DNA of 64,000 nucleotides from assembly GCF_000143415.4 (NCBI RefSeq), contig NW_003314288.1:996047-1060046 (forward strand). Reading direction: 5' to 3'. Every line of letters begins with the position of its first letter. Position 1 is the first letter of the stretch. The notes below the pieces were generated by a model. It saw nothing but the letters and a program-made list of their open reading frames with translations. It was not told the origin of the DNA and did not search any database. Made by a program: the position numbers and the translations under genes. The DNA is from Selaginella moellendorffii (taxonomy: Eukaryota; Plantae; Lycopodiophyta). Positions 62,101 through 64,000 of the stretch are shown piece after piece.

Positions 62101-64000
62101 TTAATTGAGCCATTTATATTTGCTCTATGAACTCCTAACACTTCCTTTACTTGAGCTTGCATCCCACTCAAGCATACCAATCTATGATATTAGGAAAGAA
62201 AGAGTGTTTGAGATCCTTTACATCCCAAATCTAATGTGGACCTCCTTTACAAAGCATGGGTGACCTTTAGGGAGTTGTGTAAGCTTAAACTTGGGTGTAG
62301 GTTTAGGTGGTTCTTTAACCAATAGTTCACCACCTACTTGGATGTTACAAATATGATTGAGGGTATTAAATGTTACCTATTAGCAAGTCTTTTCATATAT
62401 TCTCTTCTTACTGCCACAATAGTAGACCATTGATATTAGTTTCTGCCCCTTAGGGCCTACATACTAAATAGACCAAATAGCTAGGTGAAATGCTTGCCAT
62501 TTCCAGAATTTACTTATAATTTTTCACATATGTCCTTGGGAATGTCTCTATTCCAAGCATTATATTGTTGGTAAGTCTAGCATGGAAGTGGATAGCTCAC
62601 TACCTTTGAATGTTAAGAAGCATCTGCGGGGAATACAAGAAATCCAGCAAAGCCAAAATTTAAGTTATGGTGAGAAGAAAGCAGCAATAAGCTAGTGCCG
62701 CAACACTTTTTCCCTTCTATCAATATTTAAAACTCATGTTAATTTAGACTCACAACCTACATCCTTGTTTAATACCACATATAAGATGTCAAATTCACTT
62801 TGTTCATCCTTCACATCTTTTTTATCCCCTCCTTTAAGGAAAAAAAGTTAAAAGCATTAACTTAATTCGAACTTGTTGTATTTGTATTCATTCTACCATT
62901 TATATTTGGGCTTACTCTATTATTGCATTTGTTTGGCCTTACTATATTAGGGCTAAATATTCTATTCAGACTTGATATACTCGTCCTCACTCCATAATTC
63001 ATATCAATTATCCTCACTCTACTATTATATCCACTCATCTTTACTTTATCGTTGGGGCTGGACTCTCATACCACCTCTAGCCCTTCCTCTGAAGAAAAAA
63101 AGTTTGAAGCATATGGGAGGTTAAACTCACTCTTTTTTGAAGAGCAAAAGGTGAGAAAATTTGAAGAAGAAAAATTATGGAACAAAAAAAGATCTAGAAA
63201 GGAATTTTTAGCAATTTATAAGCAACACTCAAAAAATAATTTATAATAGTTCAAATATAAAAGAAAAAGGTCTATGAATAAAAGTGCATTTCTGTTTCCA
63301 ATCAATTAAGGGTATTGGGATATTTAGGGTTACTCTAAATTCATGAATTTACATTTTGTGTTTAATTTGGAAGCTTATATTTGGTGTCCATAAACTTCTC
63401 AATAGCAATGATACACAAAAGCTCTCAATAATGACAATGGTACATAAAAACTCTTAATAATGACACTCATAAATAAGGACACACATTTAACTTGAAACTC
63501 TAGCCAAATTGACACAAACAAAACAACAAAACAAGATTTTTAACTTCATGCATATACTCAATATCTAAATTAGTATGAAGAGGATAAAAACAGTCAACCT
63601 AAAATTATAAAAATCATAAATGATCGAAGAAAAGGAAATATTGCAAATGAAAAAAAAAATTAGATGGTAGATTAAATGATTAATATTTTCCAAAAACCAC
63701 ACTACATCATCCATAACTTGCTAAAATCAATGTCAAATTATATTCCACATTAATAGAAGATGGCAAAACACCAAGAACAAAAAAAGTATTTAATCACCAT
63801 CTCACATAAGCATAGTAATATGATTCTACCCCACAGAACTAAAAGCTTGATCCAATAAAGTAACATTAGTGACATACTCCTTAATAAATGATAGTGTGGT
63901 TTGGCAAAAAAAGGGAATGCAATGAAGATCAAAAGAAAGAACAAATTTAAACATAGTAATAGCTAAATTCTTGATCTTGCAAAAAATAATGTAAATTTAA

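Noticed and set aside
62100-64000. AT-rich terminal region with short ORFs
   Set aside because: No motifs, repeats or termini that I could support.

Overview
Eukaryotic plant-like heterochromatic window made almost entirely of nested transposable elements. The 45-57 nt introns, PLS-type PPR remnant and Tcn1-like chromovirus suggest a non-seed land plant such as Selaginella (inference). Left to right: (1) a decayed Mutator-like element (GCM/WRKY-like Zn finger, DDE, SWIM); (2) an old chromovirus split by a TRIM plus full-length Ty3/Gypsy joined tail-to-tail inside one 5-bp TSD; (3) two copies of a decayed Gypsy family with a tRNA-Gln-like PBS; (4) a decayed LTR element carrying a two-exon Argonaute fragment and a 287-bp MITE; (5) a PPR pseudogene; (6) a large LTR element interrupted by a 12.35-kb Sola-like DNA transposon (24-bp TIRs, 4-bp TSD); (7) a truncated chromovirus and older remnants. 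The main candidate for a new system is the Sola-like element. Opposite its broken transposase it carries a predicted intact 10-exon gene of about 1,650 aa: ParB/Srx-like domain, degenerate N4/N6-methyltransferase-like region, acidic linker and FCP1-like HAD phosphatase. It also holds about 20 copies of a 22-bp palindrome (ATGGCRTGNGGCCNCAYGCCAT), several inside tiny introns, and the motif recurs in the cognate MITE. All domain calls are by-eye motif recognition, not database searches.
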